Positions 1 through 10,540 are shown, counted from the first letter of the stretch. The stretch: DNA of 64,000 bases from Planctomycetota bacterium (GCA_965223545.1 OZ245006.1:512001-576000); one strand, 5' to 3'. The notes: generated by a model from the letters alone, not told the origin. A program made the numbers and translations.

Positions 1-552
1 TCGGTGCGCGATCTGTACTCGCAGCGCGAGGCGCGGCTGGGGGACGCGCGCAGCGGCGCCCTGCTCGGCGCTTACCGAATCCTCGGGCACGACAGCGATT
101 CGCTGTGGCTGAGCCCCGACGCCCCACTGCTGCCAGCCATCCCCGGCCTGCCGCGAGAGGTGTTCATCGCCGCGCGCTCGTTCCAGCTGGTGACCAACGG
201 GGCACCGGGCTTCGGACCGTTCCGCGTCTCGCCCACGGGCCGCGCCGTTCCGATCGCCAACGCGCGCATCGGCTTCGCGTTCCACAAGGATCCGAGTCTG
301 GCGACGCGCACGGGGATCGACCCCAACCGCATGCCCCCCCAAACCGGCACGTTCCTGTACGATCTCGCCGATCCCGCCGTGCAGGAACAGGTGCGCACCT
401 TCGGCGGCGGCGCCGCGTTCATCATGTGGGACGTCGTGTTCAACACCGCGTTCTCGGAGGACGATCCGGGCCAGCTACTGCCCGGCGCACCGCTGACCCC
501 GTCGCTGCCGCGGCCCGAGCTGCGCATGCTCTCGATTCCCTACCGCTTCTGA
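1..552 (+). CDS. 3' end of hypothetical protein (starts before window)
   Basis: Frame is open from base 1 to TGA at 552 with GC3-rich codons; no recognisable motif. Confidence 0.7.
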   Translation, partial: SVRDLYSQREARLGDARSGALLGAYRILGHDSDSLWLSPDAPLLPAIPGLPREVFIAARSFQLVTNGAPGFGPFRVSPTGRAVPIANARIGFAFHKDPSLATRTGIDPNRMPPQTGTFLYDLADPAVQEQVRTFGGGAAFIMWDVVFNTAFSEDDPGQLLPGAPLTPSLPRPELRMLSIPYRF

Positions 553-609
553 TGACGAACGGGCGGCGCCGCTGACAGGATCTCGGCGGCGCTGGCCACT
601 GGACCGGTG

Positions 610-2049
610 ATGGCAAGCAGACCGTTGGCCCTCGCGGCGCTCGCCCTGATCGCTCTCTGCAGCTTCGCGTGGATGGTCGCGGCCAGCTACGGGACCGTGC
701 CGGTGCCGGACGCGGTCCGCCCCGACACGCCGTCGCCGACGGTGCCGGCCGCCGGCGCCGCGACCGAGCCCGTCACCGCGCCGGTACCGGCCGCTCCAAC
801 GCCGGCGCCCGCGACGGCACCGCCCCCCCGTGTCGACGTCGCCGACCTGCAGGCGAGCACCGTGCACGGGCGCGTCGTCGGGGCCGACGGAGATCCGGTC
901 GCCGGAGCACAAGTATCGTCCACGATCGATGGCGCCACCCATCGGGCGCGGACGTCGGCCGACGGGAGCTTCGATCTGGCCCTGCCCGCCGCGATCGGCG
1001 ACCGAGCCACGCTCTACGTCCAGGCCGCCGGCCACCGCCAGCTGCGCAAGCCGCTCGGCGAGCTCGCCGCCCACCACGAGGTCGGCGAGCTCCGGCTGCG
1101 CGCTGGTGCGGTGCTCAAAGGCCGCGTGGTCGACGCCAGCGGTGACCCGGTCCCGGCCGCGGTCGTGCGCCGCTTTGCCCCCGGCGCCGAACGGCTGTTC
1201 GAGCAGCCGCAGTGGGCGCGCATGGAGCGCGCCGGCCGGGTCGGGGCACAGGCGACCCGCACCGACGAGGACGGCCGCTTCGCCCTGCCGCACGTGTCGC
1301 TCGGCGACTACGTGCTGCGCGTCGTGCACGACGGGTTTCGCGTCGGCGTGCTGCGCGGCGACGCCCTCGCGGCGGGCGAGGTCCGCGACGGCCTGCTCGT
1401 CGTGCTGCGGCGCGGCCTCGCGATCCGCGGCCGAGTGACAGGGTTGCCCGATGCCCTGTCGAACGTCTGGCTGTTGGCGCAGGACCGATCCGCATGGCCG
1501 GCGCGCCAACCGTTGCCGGCCCCGTTCAGCAGCCGCGACCCCGCGAACCCCGCGAACTCTCTGCCGGGCATGACCCGGGTCGCGCTGGACGGCGATGGCG
1601 GGTTCGTCCTCGACCAGCTGGCGAAGAACGACAGCTTCACGCTCTGGGCCTTGCATCGCGATGCGAGCGGCCGCACCGCGCGCTGCAGCGACGTGGTCGA
1701 GGCCAGTGCCGGCGAGCACGGGGTCGTTCTGCGCTACCGCCGCGGCGTCACCATCGAGTTTCGCATCGTGGACGCGGTGACCGGCGAGCCGCTCGAGCGT
1801 GCCTCGGTGCGCGCCCGATTGACGCGCGAAGGACTGCTCGGAACGCTCGCGCCACCGCTGATGTCTCGCGGCCGCCGCGACTGGCCCGACGGCCGGGTGG
1901 CGATCACCCACGTGCACGTCGACGACGCTCGCGTGTTGCAGCTCGCGGTACGCGCCCGAGGCTACGCCGACTTCGAGCGCGAGGACATCGCGATGCCGGT
2001 AGCCGGCACGCTCGACCTGGGCACGATCCGCCTCACCCCGCGACGCTGA
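610..2049 (+). CDS. Membrane-anchored carboxypeptidase-regulatory-like (transthyretin-like beta-sandwich) repeat protein
   Basis: N-terminal hydrophobic helix, Pro/Ala linker, repeated GRVV..DG.PV..A.V ... TD.DG.F.L motifs. Confidence 0.75.
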   Translation: MASRPLALAALALIALCSFAWMVAASYGTVPVPDAVRPDTPSPTVPAAGAATEPVTAPVPAAPTPAPATAPPPRVDVADLQASTVHGRVVGADGDPVAGAQVSSTIDGATHRARTSADGSFDLALPAAIGDRATLYVQAAGHRQLRKPLGELAAHHEVGELRLRAGAVLKGRVVDASGDPVPAAVVRRFAPGAERLFEQPQWARMERAGRVGAQATRTDEDGRFALPHVSLGDYVLRVVHDGFRVGVLRGDALAAGEVRDGLLVVLRRGLAIRGRVTGLPDALSNVWLLAQDRSAWPARQPLPAPFSSRDPANPANSLPGMTRVALDGDGGFVLDQLAKNDSFTLWALHRDASGRTARCSDVVEASAGEHGVVLRYRRGVTIEFRIVDAVTGEPLERASVRARLTREGLLGTLAPPLMSRGRRDWPDGRVAITHVHVDDARVLQLAVRARGYADFEREDIAMPVAGTLDLGTIRLTPRR

Positions 2050-2294
2050 GAGCGCGGCCGTCGGCCGCAGCACGTCGGCCTTCGCACTTCCCACCACCCC
2101 CACCGTCACGGCGTGCGACTTTTGGGTTCCACGCGCCAGTGGCCCGAGAGCTGCTCGCCGCCGCCGGCTTGCGGCTGGACGAGATCGTGCCGACGGCAGC
2201 GCACGTCAGCATGCCCACGTAGCTGCGGCGTCCGACGGCAAGAATACGCGGAATCAGGCGTAACGACGCGGGCCCGGCGTCGACTCGTCCTCCG

Positions 2295-3457
2295 ATGACA
2301 CGCACCGCTCCTCTCGCCACCGCCCTCCTCCTATCGCTCGCGGCCAACGCCCAGAGCGTCCTCGTCGTCGACCTCCAGGGGGGGCCGGGGTCGCAGTTCA
2401 CGCAGATCCAACCCGCCATCGACGCCGCTGCGCCAAACGACACCATCGTGGTGCGGCCCGCGGTCGGTCCGGCGCCGTATCGAGGGTTTCGGGTGGACAA
2501 GCCGCTGCGCATCATCGGCGAGCCGGGCGCGCGCGTCGGCAGCTCCGCAACAGTCGTGCCGCTGGCGCGCGCGGCGATGGAAGTGCGCGGCATACCCGCG
2601 GGGTCCGCGGTCACACTCTGCGGCCTCGAAGAGGACTACGAGGACCCGTTCACTTGCGGACTGTGGATCGACGACAACCGCGGCGCGGTCTTCGTCGAGG
2701 AGCTGCTCCTGGAGTGCCCGTCCATCATCGAGGACTCCGATGCCGTGAGCTTCACGCGCACGCAGTTCGACAGTGTGTCGGTCTCTTCGAGTGGCGTCAC
2801 GTTCACCGATTGTTCGGCCGCCGGTGCTCAAACGGCGACGACGCTGACGACCCCGGCAATGCGTGTGAGACAGAGCGCGGTGACGATCGCCGGTGGCCGC
2901 TGGACCGGCGCCGACGCGATCCCCTCGTGCTGCACAGAGGGCCCGGCGATCACCATCGACGCGGGCACTCGGCTGACCGTGACCGGCGACACCACCACGC
3001 TCGTTCAGGGAGGGCAGAACCCGATCTATGCGGGCGCCTCGGCGATCGCGACCACCGGCGGAGCGATCCTGCTCGACCCGGACCCCGTGCTGGTCTCGAG
3101 TGGCGGAATGCCGGTGATCTCCGGCAGCGCAACCGTACAGCACCAGCGCGTGCCCTACCTGCTCACCGAGGTCGCCTCCGGTGTGCTCTCGACCTCGCTC
3201 TACACCTGGATCGGCTCCCAGGTCTGGCTGTTCACCGGCGAGCTCAACGCCCCGGTGCAACTGGCGACCGGTATCGCCGACCTTTGGATCGCGACCCCCG
3301 TCCTGCTCGCCGCCGGACAAGTGCAGCGCCGGGTCCACCACGACCGGATCCCGATCCCGAGCTGCCCCGAGGCACCGCGCTCCCACTCCAGTACGCGGTG
3401 GTCAACGGCCGCGAGCTGACGCTCTCGAACGCGGTCGGCACGACGCTGGTGCCGTAG
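2295..3457 (+). CDS. Secreted beta-helix-like hypothetical protein with an apparent 1-bp frameshift near 3361 (pseudogene or sequence error)
   Basis: Signal peptide (..AANA|Q) and FTQIQPAIDAA motif. The plausible C-terminus LPRGTALPLQYAVV...LTLSNAVGTTLVP lies in another frame ending at 3457. Confidence 0.65.
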
Positions 3458-3621
3458 CGGGCAGCCGCACACCACTGCTCTTAGCCCCAGTGGCGCCGCG
3501 GGTTCCGCGGCGCGAGGCGCCGAGCGCCACAGACCACCGCTGGCTTGGCGACAGCGAGGGGGAGAATCTCGGGCCGCGGTCTGCGACGCTGTTGCGCTGT
3601 CCCACGCCTTCCTCGAGACCC

Positions 3622-5055
3622 ATGATCGACCCCCTCCACCAGGACTGGAACGCCCGGCTCGAACGCGCCGAATCCCTGCTCCCGGTCATCGGCCGCCTGT
3701 ATCGCAACCACGGCATCGTCACCAAGGTGTTCGGTCGGTTCCTGCTCAACGCGAGCCCCGCCGAGATCTTGAAGATCCACAAGTCGGCGCGGCGGGTCAC
3801 CGGCGAGGCACTGTCGGTGCACGACACCGGCATCATCCTCGACGGCCTGGCGGCATTGGCCCCGCCCGGCATCCTGCGGCTGGACGTGGGCAAGCTCGCA
3901 GTGCGATACAAGGCGTCCGGCAGCGGTGATGTGACCGCGTTCTTGCGCGACGCCCTCGCCACCTATGAACCCCAACGCCTGCCGGCGCGCGAACGCCCGC
4001 AGGACATCGTCCTCTACGGGTTCGGCCGCATTGGCCGGCTGGTCGCGCGCATGCTGCTCGACAAGCAGTCGGCGGGCATGCGGCTGCGATTGGCCGCCAT
4101 CGTCGTCCGGCCGGGCAAGGGCGACGACCTCACCAAGCGCGCCAGCTTGCTGCGCCGCGACTCGGTGCACGGCCCGTTCCAAGGCTCGATCTCGGTCGAC
4201 CGCGAGCGCAATCAGATCCTCGCCAACGGCGTCGCCATCCAGGTGATCTACGCGCGCAATCCCGAGGAGATCGACTACACGTCCTTCGGCATCCACGACG
4301 CGGTGGTCATCGACAACACCGGGGTATGGCGCGACGAAGCCGGCCTCGGCAAGCACCTGAAGGCCAAGGGCACCAAGCGCGTGGTGCTCACCGCGCCGGG
4401 CAAGGGTGACATCCCCAACATCGTCTACGGCATCAACCACGACGCGATCACCGACGAGCAGGCGATTCTCTCGGCGGCGAGCTGCACGACCAACGCGATC
4501 GTGCCGGTGTTGAAGCTGATCCACGATCGGTTCGGCATCGAGCAGGGCCACATCGAGACCTGCCACGCCTACACCAACGACCAAAACCTGATCGACAACT
4601 ATCACGACAAGCCGCGGCGCGGCCGGGCGGCCCCGCTCAACATGGTCATCACCGAGACCGGCGCGGCCAAGGCGGTGGCCAAAGCCCTGCCCGAGCTCGC
4701 CGGCAAGCTGACCGGCAACGCGATCCGGGTGCCGACCCCGAACGTGTCACTGGCCGTCATGCAGCTCTTCTTGCGCGACGCGACCACGGTCGAAGAGCTC
4801 AACGATCACCTGCGGCACGAGAGCCTCAACGGCGAGCAGCAGCTGCAGATCGAGTACTCGGTGTCGCCGGACGCGGTCTCGAGCGACTTCGTCGGCTTCG
4901 ATCACCCCGCCATCATCGACGCACCGGCGACCATCGTGACCGGCCGCCACGCCATCGTCTACGTGTGGTACGACAACGAGCATGGGTACAGCCGCCAGGT
5001 CGTGCGGCTCGTCGAACGCGTCTCCGGCGTGCGACCGCCGACCTTCCCCCGCTGA
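3622..5055 (+). CDS. gap: Glyceraldehyde-3-phosphate dehydrogenase, long form with N-terminal extension
   Basis: YGFGRIGR nucleotide-binding motif, catalytic ASCTTN, RVPTPNVS, WYDNEHGYS. Confidence 0.95.
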   Translation: MIDPLHQDWNARLERAESLLPVIGRLYRNHGIVTKVFGRFLLNASPAEILKIHKSARRVTGEALSVHDTGIILDGLAALAPPGILRLDVGKLAVRYKASGSGDVTAFLRDALATYEPQRLPARERPQDIVLYGFGRIGRLVARMLLDKQSAGMRLRLAAIVVRPGKGDDLTKRASLLRRDSVHGPFQGSISVDRERNQILANGVAIQVIYARNPEEIDYTSFGIHDAVVIDNTGVWRDEAGLGKHLKAKGTKRVVLTAPGKGDIPNIVYGINHDAITDEQAILSAASCTTNAIVPVLKLIHDRFGIEQGHIETCHAYTNDQNLIDNYHDKPRRGRAAPLNMVITETGAAKAVAKALPELAGKLTGNAIRVPTPNVSLAVMQLFLRDATTVEELNDHLRHESLNGEQQLQIEYSVSPDAVSSDFVGFDHPAIIDAPATIVTGRHAIVYVWYDNEHGYSRQVVRLVERVSGVRPPTFPR

Positions 5056-5069
5056 AAGTACGGAGCCAG

Positions 5070-5310
5070 TCCTGCCCCGACAGATTTTGTCGGCCCTTCA
5101 GGGCAGGAAACTAGCCGCTGAGGAAGGGGGCGGGGAACGTGTGAGGGGCCCGGCAGCTACGCCCCCAATAGCCACTGGAGCACGTTTGCCCCAGAGCCAG
5201 TCTGGGTCCGAGTTGGCCATCCTTCACTGGTGAGGGGCACGTCGCCGTGCCCACTCCCGCAGGTCAGATTCGTTTGATCGCCGCCTCGGGCCGGGCCCAC
5301 CACAACAAGG
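5070..5310 (+). ncRNA. Candidate IS110 bridge RNA (structured non-coding left end)
   Basis: Stem-loops at 5071-5107, about 5132-5192 and 5235-5252. GAGCCAG (5194-5200) matches the left flank plus core; CAGGTCAG (5260-5267) matches the right end plus core. Confidence 0.6.
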
Positions 5311-5320
5311 AGGATGAAGT

Positions 5321-6703
5321 ATGGCTCGGAAGGGCAGAACGAGGAAGGGCAAGAAGCCCGCAGCGGAAGTATTACCAGTCGTGAAGCCCAACGCCGCCGG
5401 AATCGACATCGGCAGCCGCGAGCACTGGGTGTGCGCAGCAGCACCCGACGGCAGTCGTCCGATCAAGCGATTCGGAACGACGACGCCCCAACTAGAGGCG
5501 CTCGCGGACTGGCTGGAGGAGCTCGGAGTGCGATCCGTCGCGATGGAGAGCACCTATGTCTACTGGATTCCCGTCTACGAGCTACTCGAGTCGAGAGGCT
5601 TCGAGGTCATCCTCGCGAATGCCCGCGAGGTGAAGAACGTGCCGGGCCGCTCCAAGTCCGATGCCAGCGATTGCAGTTGGCTGCAGAAGCTACACACCTA
5701 TGGCCTCATTCGCGCTTCGTTCCGGCCTCCGAAGGACATCTGTGCGTTGCGGACCCTGCAACGCCATGCCGCGTCTTTGATCGCGCAGCGCACGCGCCAC
5801 ACGCAGTTGATGCAGCGGTCACTGGATCAGATGAACGTGGCGATCCATCGCGCGGTAACGGACATCACCGGCAAGACCGGCCTCGCGATCATCCGCGCGA
5901 TTCTCGCTGGTGAACGCGACCCTCGAGCGCTCGCCAGACTGCGTGATCCGCGCTGCAAGATCTCCGAGAAGGAGCTCGCGGATCACTTGCAAGGGACCTG
6001 GATCGAGGAGCACATCTTCACTCTCGCTTCGGGCTTGCGGATGCTCGAGCACACCGACCACGAGATCGAGTCGGTCGAGAAGCGATTGATGGCGATGATC
6101 GAGGACCTGCAACCGGAGGAAGCCAAGACGGCCGACGTCCCCGAGCATCCAGACCCCCGCAAGGAGAGGAGCATCCGAACGAAGGGCGGCCGGGAGCTTC
6201 GCGATGCCCTCTGCCGGCTCGTCGGGTGTGATCTCACGCGAATCGACGGTATCAGCCCGAGCACGGCCATGATCGTGCTCACCGAGGTCGGCTACGACCT
6301 CGATGCTTTCCCGACCGAGAAGCACTTCGTCTCCTGGCTACGCCTGTGCCCACGTCAAGCCGTCTCGGGTGGAAAGCGCATCAAGAAGCACCGCAACAAC
6401 ATCGCGGTCAGCAGGATCGCCACGGTCCTCCGGATGGCCGCCCTGTCCCTCCAACGTACTCAGACAGCTCTCGGCGCACACTTCCGCAAGATCGCCCGCG
6501 CGAAGGACGGCAACGTCGCCATCTTTGCCATCGCCCGCAAACTGGCCCTGCTCATCTACCGCATGCTGAAGTTCGGCCAGGACTACGTAGACGAAGGCGC
6601 CAAGGCCTACGAGGAGCGCTTCACCCAGCGACGCATCGTCGGACTCCGACAGAACGCTAAATCCCTCGGGTACAAGCTCATACCGATCGTCGAGGCTGGG
6701 TGA
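5321..6703 (+). CDS. IS110-family recombinase/transposase
   Basis: DEDD RuvC-like motifs GIDIG, AMEST, KSDASD; C-terminal domain with IDGIS, AVSGGK (catalytic Ser) and AIARKLA; AGGAGG RBS. Confidence 0.95.
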   Translation: MARKGRTRKGKKPAAEVLPVVKPNAAGIDIGSREHWVCAAAPDGSRPIKRFGTTTPQLEALADWLEELGVRSVAMESTYVYWIPVYELLESRGFEVILANAREVKNVPGRSKSDASDCSWLQKLHTYGLIRASFRPPKDICALRTLQRHAASLIAQRTRHTQLMQRSLDQMNVAIHRAVTDITGKTGLAIIRAILAGERDPRALARLRDPRCKISEKELADHLQGTWIEEHIFTLASGLRMLEHTDHEIESVEKRLMAMIEDLQPEEAKTADVPEHPDPRKERSIRTKGGRELRDALCRLVGCDLTRIDGISPSTAMIVLTEVGYDLDAFPTEKHFVSWLRLCPRQAVSGGKRIKKHRNNIAVSRIATVLRMAALSLQRTQTALGAHFRKIARAKDGNVAIFAIARKLALLIYRMLKFGQDYVDEGAKAYEERFTQRRIVGLRQNAKSLGYKLIPIVEAG

Positions 6704-6865
6704 GTTTCAGGTCAGGCTCCGTTTCATCACTCCCCACCCCACCCACCCCCGCGCCGGGGTGGCGCTCCTACCGCCTCCCACCGCCATCGGTAGAATTTCC
6801 GGTCGCGAATCGGTCGAGCACGCGGATCAACCTCTCGCACCCGTTCATCCGCCGCTCTTCTCTCC

Positions 6866-9346
6866 GTGCCGAACGATCCCCCCGCGAACCCTCCGCAGCG
6901 CAACCGCGACTGGGTGCGCACCAACCACGGCCTCGTGCGCCGCTGGGCGCGCCGCATCGCCGGCCGCGACCGGTCCGCCGCCGACGATCTCGAGCAGGCG
7001 GCATTGCTGTCGATCCTGCGCACCGAGCACCTGCCCGCGGAAGGCGCCGAGGCCGCCTGGGTGGCACAGGTGCTGCGGCGGCAGCGCGCCGCGACCGCCC
7101 GCAGCGAGCAGCGCCGCCACCGCCTGGAAGCCGAGGTCGCCGGTGACGGCGAGGAAACCGCCGCCGTCGAGGTCGCCGAGTGGCAGATGCTGCGGCGCGA
7201 GGTGCGCACTTGCGTGCAGCGGCTGCGCGAGCCCTACCGAACGACACTGTTGTTGCGCTACTACGAGGGGTTGCCGCCCCGCGCGATCGCCGCCCGACAA
7301 GACGTCGCGCTACGCACCGTCAACAAGCGCATCGAGCGCGGCCTGAAGCTGCTGCGCAGTCGCCTGGCGGGCGCGCAGCGCCGACCGTGGAAAGCGATCT
7401 TGCTCTGGCGGCCGTGGCGCAGGTTGGTGCCGGCCGGCGCGGTGTTGAGCATTGTTGCCGTGGCCGCTTCGTGGCCACTCTGGCGTGCGGACAGCGCCCC
7501 GACTGGTCCCCGAGCACCCAGCGCAACCGCCAGCGGCGGCGATCCCGCGCCGGCCGCGGCGCGCGGACCGTCCACGTCCGACCGCGTCGCGACGACTGCA
7601 AACGCGGCGAACCGACCCGACCAGGAGACCGCGACGGCACGGACGCTGCGCGGCCGCGTCGTCGACCTGACCGGCGCCCCCCGCGCGGGCATCACCGTGC
7701 GGTTTGCCGCCGGCCGCATGCTGCACGACCCCATGGGCAGGGCCACTTTTGTCGGGGCCGAGCCCGCGATCGCGACCGAAGTCGACACCGATGCACAGGG
7801 CCATTTCTCGCTCCCCGTGCCAACCGGCGCATCGGGCCGAGTGCGGACGTCCGGCACCGACACCGCCACGCTGCTCGGCCTGTCGGTCGGCGCGGACGCG
7901 GCGCTCACCGACGAGGTCGAGCTGGTGGCCGGCGACGCGGTCACTGTCCGCGGCCGAGTGCTCGGCAGCCGCGGCCTGGATTGCGTCGTCGCGCTGCCGC
8001 TACCGCGCCAAGCCGCGGCGGCGCGGCTCGCCCGCAACCGCCGCCTCGCCCTGGAGAACCCATGGGTCCGCTGCGACCGCGACGGCGCGTTCGCGTTCGA
8101 CGCCGTCGCCCTCGCCGAGGGCCAGCACATCACCGTCCAGGCCGCCGGCCTGCCCGAGCAGAGCTTCGCGCTGACCGGCCGCGACCCGCAGGACCTGCGC
8201 CTCGCGCTGCGCGAGACCGCGCTCCCCCTGCTCGGCGGCACCGTCCTCGACGATCGCGGCCAACCGCTGGCGGAGGCGCTGGTCGGCTGCGGTGACGTCC
8301 GCGTCCGCACCCGCGCCGACGGCTCGTTCCGCATCGCCGTCTCACCTCGCGCGGCCGAATGCTGGGCGCTCGCCGACGGCTGGAGCGCGGACCGGCTCCC
8401 GCTGCGGCGGGGTGAGCCCGACGACGTGATCGCCGCCGGAGTTCCCGTGACCCTGCGTCTCACCGAGACCGCCGCATCGATCCGAGGACTCGTACGCTGG
8501 CCCGACGGGACGCCAGCGGCCGGGGTCGCAGTCTTTGCCGAGAACCCAGTGATCGCCGGCGACAGCCCCTCGAGCCTGTTCCTCGAGACTTACCTCGGCG
8601 GCGGGGGCCCGGTGCCGCAGCGCGTATTCACCGACGCCCGGGGCCGCTTCGAGCTGCCACACCTGCTGCGCCGCAACTATCGGCTGGCGGCGATCGACCC
8701 GAAGACCCTCGCCAAGGGCCTCGCACCGCGGACGCCGGCCGGCAGCACCGGTGTCGAGGTCCAGCTGGATTCCAAAGACCTGGTCGCGGTCGAAGGGCGG
8801 CTCTCGTTTCGCGACGGCGCGCCGGCCTCCGGCACGGTGCTGCGCCTGCGGCGCGTGATGCTGCTGATCCCGTTTCCATCGGGGCAGAGATTGGGCGCGA
8901 CCCTGCCCGGCCCCACGGCGACCACCAAAGCCGACGGCAGCTACACCCTGCACGCACCCCGTGGCGCGGACCTGCTGGCAACGGTGGCCGATCCGGACCT
9001 GTTCGCCGACACCATTCCGATCGACACCAGCAACGGCCCGGTGCACCGAGACCTGGTCGTCAGCCGGCGGTTGCCGCTCTGTGTTCGCGTCACATCGTCG
9101 GCACTCGATGCCGACAGCTTCGAGCTCCTCGATGGCAACCGTCGCCTCCCCCTGTGGGAGGACGCGCCCGACAACTCCAACAGCTTGCAGCGCCTCGGCC
9201 CCCGCGCGGAGTTGGTCCGCGGCCAACCCCGCTGGGTCATCGGCCTGGACATCGCCACGGCGATCGTCTTCTTCCGCGGCGACGAGGAGGTCGCGCGGCA
9301 GCCGGTCCAGCTGCGGGCCGGGCAGGACAACGTGCTCGACTTCTGA
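6866..9346 (+). CDS. ECF sigma-70 factor fused via a TM helix to carboxypeptidase-regulatory-like repeats
   Basis: ADDLEQ region 2, LREPYRTTLLLRYYEGLPPRAIA...TVNKRIERG region 4, TM segment, GRVVD repeats. Confidence 0.85.
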   Translation: MPNDPPANPPQRNRDWVRTNHGLVRRWARRIAGRDRSAADDLEQAALLSILRTEHLPAEGAEAAWVAQVLRRQRAATARSEQRRHRLEAEVAGDGEETAAVEVAEWQMLRREVRTCVQRLREPYRTTLLLRYYEGLPPRAIAARQDVALRTVNKRIERGLKLLRSRLAGAQRRPWKAILLWRPWRRLVPAGAVLSIVAVAASWPLWRADSAPTGPRAPSATASGGDPAPAAARGPSTSDRVATTANAANRPDQETATARTLRGRVVDLTGAPRAGITVRFAAGRMLHDPMGRATFVGAEPAIATEVDTDAQGHFSLPVPTGASGRVRTSGTDTATLLGLSVGADAALTDEVELVAGDAVTVRGRVLGSRGLDCVVALPLPRQAAAARLARNRRLALENPWVRCDRDGAFAFDAVALAEGQHITVQAAGLPEQSFALTGRDPQDLRLALRETALPLLGGTVLDDRGQPLAEALVGCGDVRVRTRADGSFRIAVSPRAAECWALADGWSADRLPLRRGEPDDVIAAGVPVTLRLTETAASIRGLVRWPDGTPAAGVAVFAENPVIAGDSPSSLFLETYLGGGGPVPQRVFTDARGRFELPHLLRRNYRLAAIDPKTLAKGLAPRTPAGSTGVEVQLDSKDLVAVEGRLSFRDGAPASGTVLRLRRVMLLIPFPSGQRLGATLPGPTATTKADGSYTLHAPRGADLLATVADPDLFADTIPIDTSNGPVHRDLVVSRRLPLCVRVTSSALDADSFELLDGNRRLPLWEDAPDNSNSLQRLGPRAELVRGQPRWVIGLDIATAIVFFRGDEEVARQPVQLRAGQDNVLDF

Positions 9347-9409
9347 GCAGCGCACGCAGCGCCGCCCGGCCGCGTCGATGTCAGTACGGGTTGTTGATCT
9401 GCGCGTTCG

Positions 9410-10100
9410 TCAGACACACGTAGGCGCCATTGACCCAGTCACGGGCCTTGCAACCGCCTTGTGCCAGCCGGCCATCGAAGCCGACGGCAAGTACTTGTTG
9501 CCGTTGAGCACGCTGCCACCGCTGGCGTTGTCGAACTCCACCCCGTGGCCGCCGAGCTGAAAGGTGTTGGGGTCGGTCCAGACCGTTCCGCAGCCGGAGG
9601 CGGCGACGTTGGCGTGCAGACCCGTGCCATGGATCACGTTGCCGCGGACATAGAGCCCGCGAGTAGAGAACCCACGAGCGTCGAGCCACGTGCCGGACGG
9701 AGTCCAGGCGACGATGCCTCCCTCGGTGTCGTTCGCCGACCACGTATCCGCGCGCAGATCGTTGTTCTCGACGTAGATGGGACCGAAGTGGCCCGCGCTG
9801 GTGACACAGAACGCATCGTCGCGGTACGCATCACTCCAGAACGAGTTGCCGCGCACGTAGCGCGGTGCCGCGACCCGGCGCCCCCACGTAGCTCGGCGTG
9901 GTCAAGCTCGGGTGAATGCGGTTGACGATCTGCAAGCCGGTGCTGCCTGCCGGCCCGGTTCCGGTGTTGTCGATCACGATCAACGAAGGATCGTACGCCT
10001 TGATCGAACCCCGGCGAATCCACGTAGATGTAGTGCTCTTCTGCATCGGTGCAGACGTTCTCCCGGAGATCCCAGCTCGCGAGATAGCCGCGAAACCGGG
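9410..10100 (-). pseudogene. Frameshifted remnant of a right-handed beta-helix-like protein
   Basis: Coding-like segments in two frames joined near 9860 (..LIVIDNTGTG..; VRGNSFW..IYVENNDL..LYVRGNVIHG); no clear start. Confidence 0.4.
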
Positions 10101-10540
10101 CCCGGTGAGTACTTCGCCGGGGTCATCGGAGACGGAAACAGCGTGGAGCCCTGCGCCTGCGCGGCGGCAGGCAACAGGCTCGCGGTCGCCAAGGCGCGGC
10201 GGATCGCGTGTGAAGAAAAGACGCATCGGTTCTCCTGCTTGCCAAAGAGAGAGTCGAGTTCGATTGGACAGGGAAGAACCGTTCGCAGTCGCAGCCACGG
10301 ACGATCAAGAAAGGCGCGGCCACGAGGCGCGGTCCGAAAGTCGCGGTCGCGAGATCGAGCCCCGCGGCATCTTGTGGCCACGCCGGCGGATGCCCACCGA
10401 GACCGCGCGCAAGCACCTTGGCCGCAGTGCCTTGCATTTGAACACATGCTGGCCGGACCGAGGGCGAATCGCGCTCCGCGCACGGCTGGCACGGACCTTG
10501 ACCACGCCCGGTTCGACTCACGCTTTTCTCCGCAAACCAC

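Larger units (their letters stand above)
5070..6715 (+). mobile_element. IS110-family insertion sequence (long non-coding left end, about 12-bp right end), CAG at both junctions
   Basis: CAG at 5067-5069 and 6713-6715. Removing the element restores the hairpin ACGGAGC-CAG-GCTCCGT. No terminal inverted repeats, as expected for IS110. Confidence 0.75.

Noticed and set aside
3181..3621. N-terminal extensions in the ORF track (also 10690-12114, 33447-34907, 38086-38280, 50079-50663)
   Set aside because: They overlap upstream genes or are low-complexity; downstream starts fit signal peptides, RBSs or gene overlaps better
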